DNA of 20,000 nucleotides. It comes from Spirogloea muscicola (lineage: Eukaryota). Below the pieces are notes generated by a model, which saw only the letters and a program-made list of their open reading frames with translations, did not search any database and was not told where the DNA came from. The stretch lies in contig WELB01000023.1 in assembly GCA_009602725.1 (NCBI GenBank), positions 1,068,553 through 1,088,552 of the forward strand, written 5' to 3'. A program made the translations under genes and the position numbers. Below, piece by piece: positions 1 to 11,100 of the stretch (its first letter is position 1; each line of letters begins with the position of its first letter).

Positions 1-810
1 TGGACGCTGTCGCGCTGCCCCGGGTATGCCGCCGGCGGTTCCGGCGCTGGGATCGCCAGAATCACCGGCTCGTGCAGCAGCTCCTGCATGTGGTCGACGA
101 CCGCGGCGCTGGCTGCCGCCGCCGGCCGCAGCCCCCGCCGGAGGCCCTCAGCGGCCGCACCAGAACTGTCATCGAGATAAAGGCTGTGCAGGTGGTCGAC
201 GGCGGCGGGTGACGCCAGGTGGCGGCGCAGCGCCAGCGTGCTGGCGACGGTGCGCGCCGGCCGCGGCGTGCCGCACTCGGGCTGCGGCGGACACCTGGTG
301 CCGGCGGGACAGCTGTCAGCACCGAGCACGGTGGGGCCTGAGCCGCCGGCGCACGGCTCGGCAGAGTAGGGCCGTCGGCACACCTGGCAGCCGCCGGATG
401 GAGTGCGGGGCCCGGCGCCGGTGGTTTTGGCGATGGGAGGGCGACGGCGCCGGCGAGGCGGTTGGCCGCCAGGTCCTCGAGCGCGGCGCGGCCGCCGCCG
501 CCGGCGCCCTGACGGTCCAGCGCAGCCATCGCGGCGGCGTTGCAGCAGGAGCTGGCAGCCGTGGCAACACGTAGAGGATCAGCGCGGTGCACGAGCGATG
601 GTGCGGCGCCTTCGCCAAGAGCCGCCGGTGTGACGGCGAGGGTGCGCCGCATCGAAGCTGCTACCTGCCGTTCTCGTCGGGCGGGCCGCAGCCTGTGGAG
701 AACGCTGTCGTGGCCATCGGCTCCGCGGCGGCAACGGCGTCCAGGAAGCTGTTGGTGGCGGAGCAGATGGTGGTGCGGTCGCGGGCCGGAGCGAGGTGCG
801 GCGCAGGCAT
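1..810 (-). CDS. Unknown protein, 5' part (runs off left edge); low-complexity N-terminus with DEN motif and D-box-like degron; candidate mitotic APC/C substrate
   Basis: Phase-consistent exons 810-665, 551-384, 294-<1 with GT-AG introns (664-552, 383-295), each with a GCTGAY branch-point-like motif before the AG. Spliced: MPAPHLAPARDRTTICSATNSFLDAVAAAEPMATTAFSTGCGPPDENGSSCCNAAAMAALDRQGAGGGGRAALEDLAANRLAGAVALPSPKPPAPGPALHPAAARCPPQPECGTPRPARTVASTLALRRHLASPAAVDHLHSLYLDD...VVDHMQELLHEPVILAIPAPEPP... No family domain recognised inside the window. Confidence 0.6.
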
Positions 811-927
811 GGCGCCGCGGCTCCGGTGCGAGCGGCCGTGGAGGCCAGCTGTGGCCGAGCGGCCGGCGAGGCGTCGGCAGCGACCCGGCCGCTGCGGGAG
901 TAGAGAGGAGCGAAGCAAGCGAGTGAC

Positions 928-1097
<170 letters not shown>

Positions 1098-1125
1098 TGC
1101 GGGCGGCCCCCCCGCGCCGCGACTT

Positions 1126-1164
1126 CGAACGGCCCCAACGGTCGGGGGCGCGCCCAACGGTTGG
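1126..1164. promoter_or_regulatory. Cluster of three MSA-like (MYB3R-binding) AACGG elements upstream of the left gene
   Basis: AACGG cores at 1128-1132 (cgAACGGcc), 1137-1141 (ccAACGGtc) and 1156-1160 (ccAACGGtt), about 320-350 nt upstream of the ATG at 810. Similar to the plant MSA consensus YCYAACGGYY. Confidence 0.6.
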
Positions 1165-2297
1165 CGCAGTCGGCTCGGACGGCCGTCGCCGTCAAAACGA
1201 CAACGAAACGCACCGCTCAGGGTGGCTGCGCGAAAGCCCATCCCCGGAGCCAGGACCACAGCCCCTTCGCTTTCTGAAACCTTCGAACCTTGTCCATTGT
1301 TTTCGGGCTGGCTGTTCACAGCCCTTGCCTTTGTGAGAGCCACTTTGTGGTAAGATAGGCCACATTTCTAAAAACTGTTCAGCTCGTCATCAGACAGCAC
1401 GAGCGACTTGTGCCCATTGCGCAGAAACCAGACATCAGGAATGAGAATAAGAAAGAGAGTGGGTCTTCTAAAGTACGGCGATGGCTGAGTAAAGCGCTAA
1501 AGCACACAGCCACCCAAGTGGCCACTGGGTGCTCATATTCCCTGTTGAGCAGCCGCTGGTCAGAGAAAATAGTCTCTGGGTAGCGGGTCCCCTGTCTATA
1601 TGCCCAGCTAGTCCGTCTGCGGCTGTCTGTCTCCTTGCAAATAAAACAACACTCTAGGTACTCTAAATCAGCAGAGCTCACTCAGAGCTTTCACTTATAC
1701 ATGCTAGCAGCAGATCATTGTGAGGCCACCTTCATCCCATAATAGAAGCAATAAGCTAAGACTTCAATTTTTCAGAGAGAACCTCCCATGTGCTGACAGC
1801 AGATCAATCTGCACACCTCAGTTTCCTCTTTCACCTCAGGCATGCACAAGAGGTGCAATGTGGCCACCAAGTCTTTCTTTACTACAAGGATGCATGGCAT
1901 GCACGATCGACCATACGTATAGACGAGGTTTCTTTTGCAGAGATTTGGCACATCCACACATGCAAGCTACTGCCAGGGCCACAACCGCTGCAGTCCAACG
2001 GTGAACATGGCCAAGAGCAGATAGACTGTGGGCGTGCGATGAATGGGGGCGCAGGTTCTATGAATCTGGTGGTGCACAAAGGCAATGGTTGCCGTTGCGA
2101 AAAAGGGGAGCTATCCCCAAGTTTGATCGACAAATGAGGTGCGGCCCAGGTTGCTAGACATGCAGGTTGTCAGTCAGTCGAGTATTACTTGCAAAGAGCT
2201 TTGTGGGACTAGGGCCCTCTCCAGCAGCGCAATGTGCACCTAGGAGAGGGACTAGCATGACTTAATGAGCCTATGCGTGTAGAAGAGTGGGGCCACT

Positions 2298-5200
2298 CTA
2301 GAACAGGTGTGAAGCTGGTCGAGAGGGCCCCATTCGAATAGCCCGCTGTTGTTGGACGATGCCCTTGGCCAGCTGCTGAAACGGGGGCCCAGGCGCATGC
2401 GCCGGGTACAGGGCTTGGACCCCGTTCACGGTGGCTGGGCTCAGCTTCATCCACTTTGAGAGGGCACTGGCAGTTAGCTTCAGCCTGCCTACGCTCTCAG
2501 ATCCTTGGTAAGCTATACCCATCCTGCGCAACAAGGCTGCTATTGCTTGACCAGTCCTGTTGTCACACGTGTAAGAGCACAGAATGATCAGCAATCTGTC
2601 TACGCTGCTATTAGCAGGTTGACACAGAGCAGAAGGTCACAAGCTTTCCGACTAAAACAGCCACCTGACTTGGCTCTGCATGATCAACAACTTGATCACA
2701 AGCAAGGGTTGAGTTCTGCCCACCTTGAGGCGAGCTTCACATGCTTAATGCCACCTTGACTTTTTGTGAGCACTTCCTGTTCCTCTACCCGTAGAAGGAT
2801 AGTCATAGGGTGTAGTCTTTCATCTGGAGGACGCAAAGAAGGCCCAATCAGCAACAAACATCTGAATCTCAATATCGTACATAGCTCATGCATGATACTT
2901 CTCGGAAATCTGCTATGGGCAACCTGCCCACAGTGACACCCTGCACATATGAGTCAGATACTCATCTGCTCTCACCTCTCTGATGTCGTGATTTCATTGC
3001 CTTTAGTAAGACAAGCATGCACACCTGATCAAGTCAACATGACCCCCCATTAGCACAAGTTTGCGCTTTCACATTGTCATTGCTGCATTTCTCGAACCTG
3101 ACAACCTTCAGTCAAGAAAGCGGTAGGCAGCAGAACAATAGCACAGAGCTGAAGAGGTCAGCAACACCATCAAGGCCTCATTGGAGCCCTTGACTTCTCA
3201 GTCCTAGCAGGTGAAATAACTACCTCTGCTGCATGAGGTGGCAGCGAAGCCATATCTACTTGTACAGGGCCATGTGAGAAAGTGTAGTGCGGCACAGCTT
3301 TCAATCGCACAGCCTCCTGTGTAACCACAACTATCAACACCCTGTGAGTCAAGTGAATGCCAGTAGACGAGATATGCTGTGCTGGGCATTGACCATGGCA
3401 GTTGTCCACAATGAACTCCACCTTGACAACGTTGCTGCACTCGGTCTGAATATTCAAGTAAAGAGCCAGACACTTGTTTAATCCAAGTCCAGCCTACTAA
3501 TTTTAGGGGTCAAAGTATACCTCGTAAAGCGCAAGGGCTACAGGATCATAAAGATCATCCATGGTGTTCCTGGATTGACCATGTGAGAAGGAATTGAAGC
3601 CCTCCTCCCCGTACATGTGAATTTCGTCTAAGAAGCACTGAGGTGGAGGTGCATCGGACGCCCGCAGGCACCCAAGAATCTTCGACAACAGGCTGCCGGT
3701 GGGTGTGACACCTCCTGCCAGAGTCTGGCGGTACACGTGAAGGGCGCAAGTTGCCCTGACAATGACACAGGCAAGATAGCTCAGACACAAGCACACAGCG
3801 CCTCTGCCTGCATCAGCGAGTTATGATGGTCCACAATGACTGTGATAGAGATAAGAGAAGCAACCACCGAGTATTCAGTTAGGGCCAGACACATGCACAT
3901 AGATGAGCGTCAGATACGGGGAATGTGCATACCATTGCTGTTGTGGGGACTTCTTGCTCATGTCTGATGCAAAGGGGGTCAGGGCAAATGCAAATGTTGG
4001 AGGTGGCTTTCCACGCTTAATCTGCTGGTAGCACAGCCCTGAGCAAACAAAGTGACCCCAGCATTATGACTTCTTCGAAGTAAGCAAGAGGCAATCCATG
4101 CCCACACGACTGCAAGCATAAGTACCAGATATGGGATAAGTTAATTGGAGCATCAAGTGTGCAACATACCAATCATGCTGCCGCACATGGAAGTGTTTGG
4201 TAGCACGCATTCCTGTTGAGCGGCTGCATATAATTGGAAAGCGAGAGAAACATCCCCACACCTGAAACATCCAGGTAAATTGTGATGCTCACATCACTTG
4301 TGCAGTAAGCCAAGGCTGACTTGACTAGCACATGATTCATCACAGCGCAGTTCATTACCCCGACAGGGACAAGGTGCATAGCAATAATAAGTACCACCAC
4401 GTGTGATGCAACCTGCAGAAAGCCAGCCAGAACAGCATGTCCAACTCTCGATGCATCAATAAGCAACGACCTCACTAGCAGGATAGGGCTTTGATTTAGC
4501 ATACTTCTCGCATGCTCCAATAAGGATGCTGTATGTTATCTGGTTGGGTCTCACGCCCCGTTCTTGCATCTCTTTCCGCACTTCTACGGCGAGATGCACA
4601 CCGTGGCGTTCACTTTCACCTGTGCACAACTCACAGTCTACCTGTAAATAGAAGCAAACTGGTGCAGGGCGAAGATCTTCAACAGAAGTGTGTGACACGC
4701 ACCAACTCACAGGGACCAGTTGCATGGCTTGACCTGCCTCTAGCAAAGTATGGAAGCTTACCAAGGACTTGGAAGAGAGCATTGTACGTAGATGTTGACA
4801 GCTGCAAATTGGCAGCTTTCATCATGTCGTAAAGCTCCAAAGCCCTCTCTGGAAGCCGAAGCTGGTGCAGATGACAAGGTATAAGTGTCAGCAAAACAGA
4901 GGCCATCTTGAGCTCACCAACTTATCTTGGCTCTGAAAGAGTCCGGTTTAGCCTCTCTTGAACTCAAGCTGGATTGACATATTGCACAACCCTATCTCTC
5001 AGAAGGGGTGAAAACTGACATTACTGCACAAGCCCATTAGAGCGCTGTACGTGATAGAGCCAGTGGTTACACCGGACTCCCTCATCCAAGACAATACTTC
5101 GAATGCTTCGTCAATTTTTCCTGCTGATCGCGCCACGTCAATCATTGCACTGAAGAATACCTGTGAAAGGCATAGAAGAAGAGGAGGCCTCTTGATAAGG

Positions 5201-7774
5201 TAAAGCTCTGGAAGACATCACTACAAGACCTCATTCAGACCCTCCAGGTGTCCTTGCTTGCTTGAAGGTGGCCCTCTTCTGCAGGCCTGCAAACATGATG
5301 GCGTGCCACTGACCTCATCTGGTTTGACAGCATCCTCTTTCATGTCTTCATAAACCTGAAGAGCTGAGGTCCACGTCCCCTTGACACTGCAGGCATGCAC
5401 TGCCGCTGTGTACACATGTGGTGTACCCTTCATTCGTTTCTTTCTCATCATGTTGTATACATCCAGGGCCCTCTCCACCTGTCAGGATATGACCTCTTGG
5501 TGTCAGGCAATTTGTCCCACTGACATCTGCGGTCACAGTGCTTGATTGATTGCATTGTTTTTGTCAAGTCGAAGCAAAGACCATAACCAGTGCAGAAAAG
5601 GACAAAGCAGGGTTCACTGGCATAGCTAGCACCTAGCCTGGCGACTCAAGCACAGAGATATTGGAGGCTTCATCCTTCAATGCCCATCTTGTAGTCAAGC
5701 CTCCAATTGCGTAGTCGTAGCCCGTACCAGGAACTTATGCAACTCAACAACCAGCCTCACTGGCAGAATCTACAGGAATGAGATATGCTACCTACAGGAC
5801 TGAGAGACGATACCTGTCCAGCCTTTGCACAGGCGTCAATGAGGGCACCCAAGGTGATCTTGTCTGGTGTAATGTCTGCAGATTTCATGTCTGCGAGGGT
5901 GTCAAAAGCCCGCTCCACTGCGCCTGATCTTGCACAAGCTGTGATCAGGGCATTGTAGACTGCCTTGTCTGGCTTCAGGCCCTGGGGTCAAGTTCATTGT
6001 ACATAGGCTTCAGAATGAGTGACAGGAGCTCAAGCCACCTTTCTCTGGCATCTCAGTGCAGGCCAGAGACTAAGTGATATGACATACAGTAGCAGGGCCG
6101 CCTCTAATGATCCTGACCTTTCCGAGGAGGATGCCAAAAACACCAAAGGCCTTTGCAATTTGTCGGGCACGGCCACAGCCATCAATAAGAGAACTGAACG
6201 TGTTCAAATTTGCCTCCACCTTCGCAGCCTCCATCTCATGAAAAGCCTGTGAGACTCACAGACAGTGATAGCAGCTCTCAGCAGAGCCAAATTCGAGAAC
6301 GAGAGTAGTTGTGATCTAGGACACCACAAGGTAAAGCACAACAGCTTCTCATGCCAAGGAAGTAGCAAGAAATGTCATAATATGACAACCACTCTATGCT
6401 TGAGGTTTTGGACTATTTGGAGTGTCCGAGCAGCTGCGTGCACACCCTGAGTAGCAAGTGGTATGTTGGTCCTACCTTGAATGCCAGGTCGGACTTGCCC
6501 TTCCGTGCATAGGTGGAGATGAGAGTCGTGTAGAGGATGCTGTCAGGCCTGAGGCCTGCCCTCTTGGCTGCACTAAAAGCCCGTGAAGCACCTGCACATC
6601 AGAAGTCCAACGGACTACTTAAGCACACATTGCTCATGTCAAGTGCGCCTCCCCTTTGCTTTGTTGAAGACAAAACAGACAGTGCATGCACTACTTTGGC
6701 CAGCGCACTGAGTAGCTGACTGAGAGGTCGGCATTCTCACCATCCACATCCTCAGCTTCTGCACAAACTGAAAGCAGCATGTTGTAAGTGCTGAGTGTGG
6801 GCTTGCTTATGAGCTCCATAAATCTGAATGCTTCTGTAACAGCTCGCCGCTTCTTGCACTCCTGGAAGAACCTGCCATGGTATATCTGCATGATAAGCCG
6901 ACCTCCCAGAACAGTCAGTGCTGCATTGAGGTCACGCTCAAGGTGAGCAGATAGAGTTCAGCTGCAAAAGTCCTGCAGTCTACTTGCAGCCTGCTGACGA
7001 GAAAGGAGAATTGCATAATTGTCACTAAGTATGGCCCTGCCGCTTCAGAAATCTCAATCAGACATTCACCTTGTCAGTGTGCAGGATGCCAAGAGTGTCC
7101 ATCCTCTCTAATGTCAGGAGGCAGTCTTCCAGCCTGTTGAAGCAGAGCTCCGCACAAGGATCACGCCCCCGTCCGTGACAATATATGCAGACTAGGTGCT
7201 AATGAAAGGCGCTACTCCATCCCGTCAAACCGGCAGAATGCACTTGTCACGCTGATGTTCAAGCGGTCATGGATCTGATCCGACTTCTGACATCTGGTAT
7301 GTGTAAGTTACCTCCCCAACCGCAAGAGGCTGTTATATCGTCCAAGCTGCCAGGCAGCATCCCTCGTCCTGTCCGGAGCAACTAGTCTCTCCACCTTCAA
7401 GCGCACTTGCTGGGGAGGCCCGCTCACAGCCTTCACCAGCGGTCTCAACAACACAGCAGTCTGCAGATCGCCGCCTTATCATCAGATTTGATCTGTACCC
7501 GCATTGAGCTACAAATGATTCCGAAGATCGACAAGGCAGCAAGTACAGCAGAATCGGCGTGTTAGGGCTCGTGCCCCTGATCCACCGAACACCGGGCAGA
7601 GTCTGGACCGGCTGAGCGGCCTCAGCTAAGCCCCGCAAGCGCCGCCTGGCGCCGTCAGACGGATCGCATATCTGACGAGCTGCTCGGCGCAGGCAGTGTT
7701 AGTGGCAGTGGGGGCTTCCCCACCTGAGTGTGGCCCTGCATGACGGAGCGCATGGTCAGCGCCGTGGCATCCAT
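2298..7774 (-). CDS. MRL1: Pentatricopeptide repeat protein MRL1 (maturation/stability of rbcL mRNA), chloroplastic; about 758 aa, 18 exons
   Basis: Exons 7774-7724 (least certain), 7460-7312, 7133-7070, 6885-6741, 6591-6476, 6246-6118, 5981-5814, 5478-5314, 5160-5020, 4861-4762, 4619-4505, 4261-4170, 4038-3933, 3755-3521, 3316-3224, 3024-2976, 2823-2724, 2556-2298. All GT-AG; total 2277 nt, in frame. Peptides YNSLLRLGRLEDC, IYHGRFFQECKKRRAVTEAFRF, LYTTLIS, FSSLIDGCGRARQIAKAFG, KPDKAVYNALITACARSGAVERAFD, GTPHVYTAAVHACS, PDEVFFSAMIDVA, ALHVYRQTLAGGVTP, YDPVALALYEEA, RTGQAIAALLRR and QQRAIRMG are collinear with plant MRL1 as I recall it (PPR tract plus MRL1-C domain). Confidence 0.93.
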
Positions 7775-7835
7775 GGCGGCGGCCCGCCCGCGCCGTCGCG
7801 CGCGCCGTCACCCGCCGGCGCCCGCGGCCGGAGCG

Positions 7836-8174
7836 NNNNNNNNNNNNNNNNNNNNNNNNNNNNNNNNNNNNNNNNNNNNNNNNNNNNNNNNNNNNNNNNN
7901 NNNNNNNNNNNNNNNNNNNNNNNNNNNNNNNNNNNNNNNNNNNNNNNNNNNNNNNNNNNNNNNNNNNNNNNNNNNNNNNNNNNNNNNNNNNNNNNNNNNN
8001 NNNNNNNNNNNNNNNNNNNNNNNNNNNNNNNNNNNNNNNNNNNNNNNNNNNNNNNNNNNNNNNNNNNNNNNNNNNNNNNNNNNNNNNNNNNNNNNNNNNN
8101 NNNNNNNNNNNNNNNNNNNNNNNNNNNNNNNNNNNNNNNNNNNNNNNNNNNNNNNNNNNNNNNNNNNNNNNNNN
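7836..8174. other. Assembly gap (339 N) in a GC-rich island; hides the APC5 start codon and the shared MRL1/APC5 promoter
   Basis: Run of N flanked by very GC-rich sequence on both sides. Confidence 0.97.
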
Positions 8175-11100
8175 GCGCGCCTACGTCGAGGCTGCCGGCC
8201 GCGCCTCGACGCCCGCGGACCGCGCGGCGCGCCGCCGCCTGGCGCTGCGCCTCCTCCAGGAGCATGAGGTGAGCGGCGGCGGGGCCATGCTCGTCGCCGG
8301 CACAGCCCCTGCGATCGGCCGGATGCAAGCCTGGCGCACACTTCCGCGCACAATGTCGTGAGCCGAGCCGAGCCGAGCTGAGCTCGTCGAATTTGCTGAG
8401 CAGAATGATATCTGAAGCTCTTGACCGCTGATTGACAGCTGCCCTTCACTGCCAGCAGGCTCACGACGGTTTTGTGGAGCCGTCGCTAGCAGAGCTCTTA
8501 CGGAGTATCTCGGGCGCTCCTGAGGGAATAACTGGCGACTTTGCCGAACAGGTTGCATCACAAGTGGCCAGCTTCCAGAGCCCCAACGACCTCTTTGAGT
8601 TCTTCCAGTCGCTCAGGGGTCAGTGAGGCTGCTCCAATTGGCTGGATGCTCTTCGGTGCTGGATGCCCTGCAAAGTACATTGTCGGCTTGATGACTCAAA
8701 GACGCTAATTCAGGCGACAATCAAGGACAGTTAGTGTAGCTGCTCATTGGGGTCAATCAGCCCAGTAATGATCAGACCTCCACTTGTTGCTCCTGCGCAG
8801 ATGTTCTGCATGCTTCTTTCGCCGCCCGCGAGGAGGGCTTGTCAGACAACGTCCTCATCGTGTACAATAGCACTTTTGGTCACTTTCTACGGCGGTCTAT
8901 TATTGCCTTCGACAGCCTCCCATTTGAGGTAGTCTGCGACTACCAGTCCTAGAATGTCTCTCATACGACCCCGGCTTGTAACCTGCTTGGCTTAGCTGCT
9001 AGATGTCTTCTTTTAGTGGAGGGCATTGTATTGTCTCTGTGGCTAGCGCAGCTCAACAGATGGCCTCTCGTCTTTCACAGCCGTGTTTCTGTGCAACACC
9101 TTGAGAAGAGCACCACAACAATTTGACACACCACACCTTTGCAGGCCATTTGCCAGCTTCTCATTGACTTGAAGGCATACAGCACAGACAAAGACGCCAG
9201 CAGCCCTCAAGAGATCAGAAGCTCTCTTGACCACTCGCCCATTAACACAGGTACATTCTTGGACAAGCAAAGAGGCACACTCAAGAGTTGCGACATGCAT
9301 TGAGTCGATTGCGAGATGCTGCTCAAGCAATTCCGCCAGATTGGACAATTGTGCAGAACATCCATGGGCTGTGGAGCTGGGGCATGAAGAGGCATCCCAA
9401 CAACAGTTGGCCGTGCAAGGTTTGGGGTCATCGGTTGACAGAAGTGCAAGATTACAGATGAACAAAGGCAGCCGCAACTTCTTGAAGCCAGCTGGTCAGC
9501 TAGAGGCTGCCCTTGAAGCTGAGGCGACGGCCATTCAAAAGTATTGTCGCATGTCCAGCAACCCTGCGCACTATTGATAAATGGTAAAATGCTGCAGATT
9601 AACAAAACCTGCTGTTGCAAACCTGCCAACCTATACGAGCAGCATGTAGCACTGACTCAAAGTTGCTCATCCGTGATTGTTACAGACAGCCTAGGTCTGC
9701 CTCAAAGGCTGGTCTGGAAGAGAAGCTGAAGGAGCTCCTTCGGCTCAATCCAGGTGCTTCCAAGGTCAGTCCTTACCTGCAACCATCACCAATTTGTTGG
9801 CAGCTGGCTCTTGGTCTGGGCTCATGCATTCCTTAACGTCTGCACCACTTTGTAGTAGGTTGACTGCTCTGTGAGACCCTGCTTGTATGATGCTAAGCCA
9901 TGACACTTGAATCATGCACCTGCTTGGCAGGCTCATTATCTGCACTACCTGCATAGCCGACATTACAAGGATTACGCAGCTGCTTCGAACAACCTTCATC
10001 GGTACTTCGACTACAGGTACCCTGATATGCTGGAATCCTATGTAAGAGAGAGAAGGCGCATGGTGCATATAAAGAGGCCAGATTAAGCCAATACACTGTT
10101 TAGGCAAACGCTACTGCAAAGCATGGGGTTACACAAAGCGAAGCCCTATGGGAGTCCTATGTGAGAAGAGAGGTCTGTCTACTGCCAGGAGCATAGTCAG
10201 TCTTTGTCCAAGTAGCCATCGCATATTGACTCCTGGCAGCAGCGTTGACCATGACAGCAATGCTGGCCCTCGTTTGCATCCCTTGCTTGTCATTCCCTGA
10301 CCCTGAAGTGCCTGCTATGTATTCTCCGGGCTAATGTGATGCTCACTATGCTTTTTCCTCTCTATGTAGTGCTGGGCATACAGGTAGCACCGGAGATGGC
10401 AATGTTGGACAATTTCAGACTGCCCTCCTTGAGCTGGGCTGCTTACACACAGAGTTCGGCCATGCCCATGAAGCTATGCAGGTGATTTTAAACAGATCCT
10501 TATGATCTTGTGGGTGGACAAAATGACAAATTGCACTTGGAAAATCACACCCAGAGGTCAATCATCTAGGAAAAAGCATGCATTTGTCAGGTTGTATGCG
10601 GCTAGAGCTGCAAATGCTTTGGTCACTTGCCAACAAGTCACTTGAGAGCTGTCGGAGCTGACAAGAGTACCAGCTGCTCCATGTACAGGCTCTCAATGAA
10701 ACAGTTCGCATCGCTCAGCAGGCATGTGTCCAATCCCGGTATAAAGATAAATGAACGTGGAGTATGTGTATGCTAAGGCAGGGAATGAAGTCCATGTATT
10801 TGGCCGTCAATGGGCCTGACCTGCTCTTGACATGGCCAAGAGATCCAAGCATTCCTGTCAATGACAACAGCCACCTTCATAATTTGCCTCATTGATGTAC
10901 AGGTTCCTACTTGTGCAGAACAATGACGAGACTTGCCTAGCCCATGCGCTCGCTTCGCTCTGTCATCTCCTACTAGAATCACCTGCCAGCACCGCCATGT
11001 CTGCGTCGTCGGGCACCAGTGCTGGCGACAAAGTCGGTGGAGTTCCTCGTCAGCTGCTCCTCCTCCTGCGAAGGTGTCTCGCTCGAGCCATGGAGCTCAA

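Noticed and set aside
8453..8458. NAGNAG (CAGCAG) acceptor at APC5 exon 2, and an alternative in-phase acceptor at 14178 for exon 19
   Set aside because: Common features with no evidence of use; the 14211 acceptor fits the conserved protein length better.
7728..8464. ORFs spanning poly-X
   Set aside because: Artefacts of translating the N gap.
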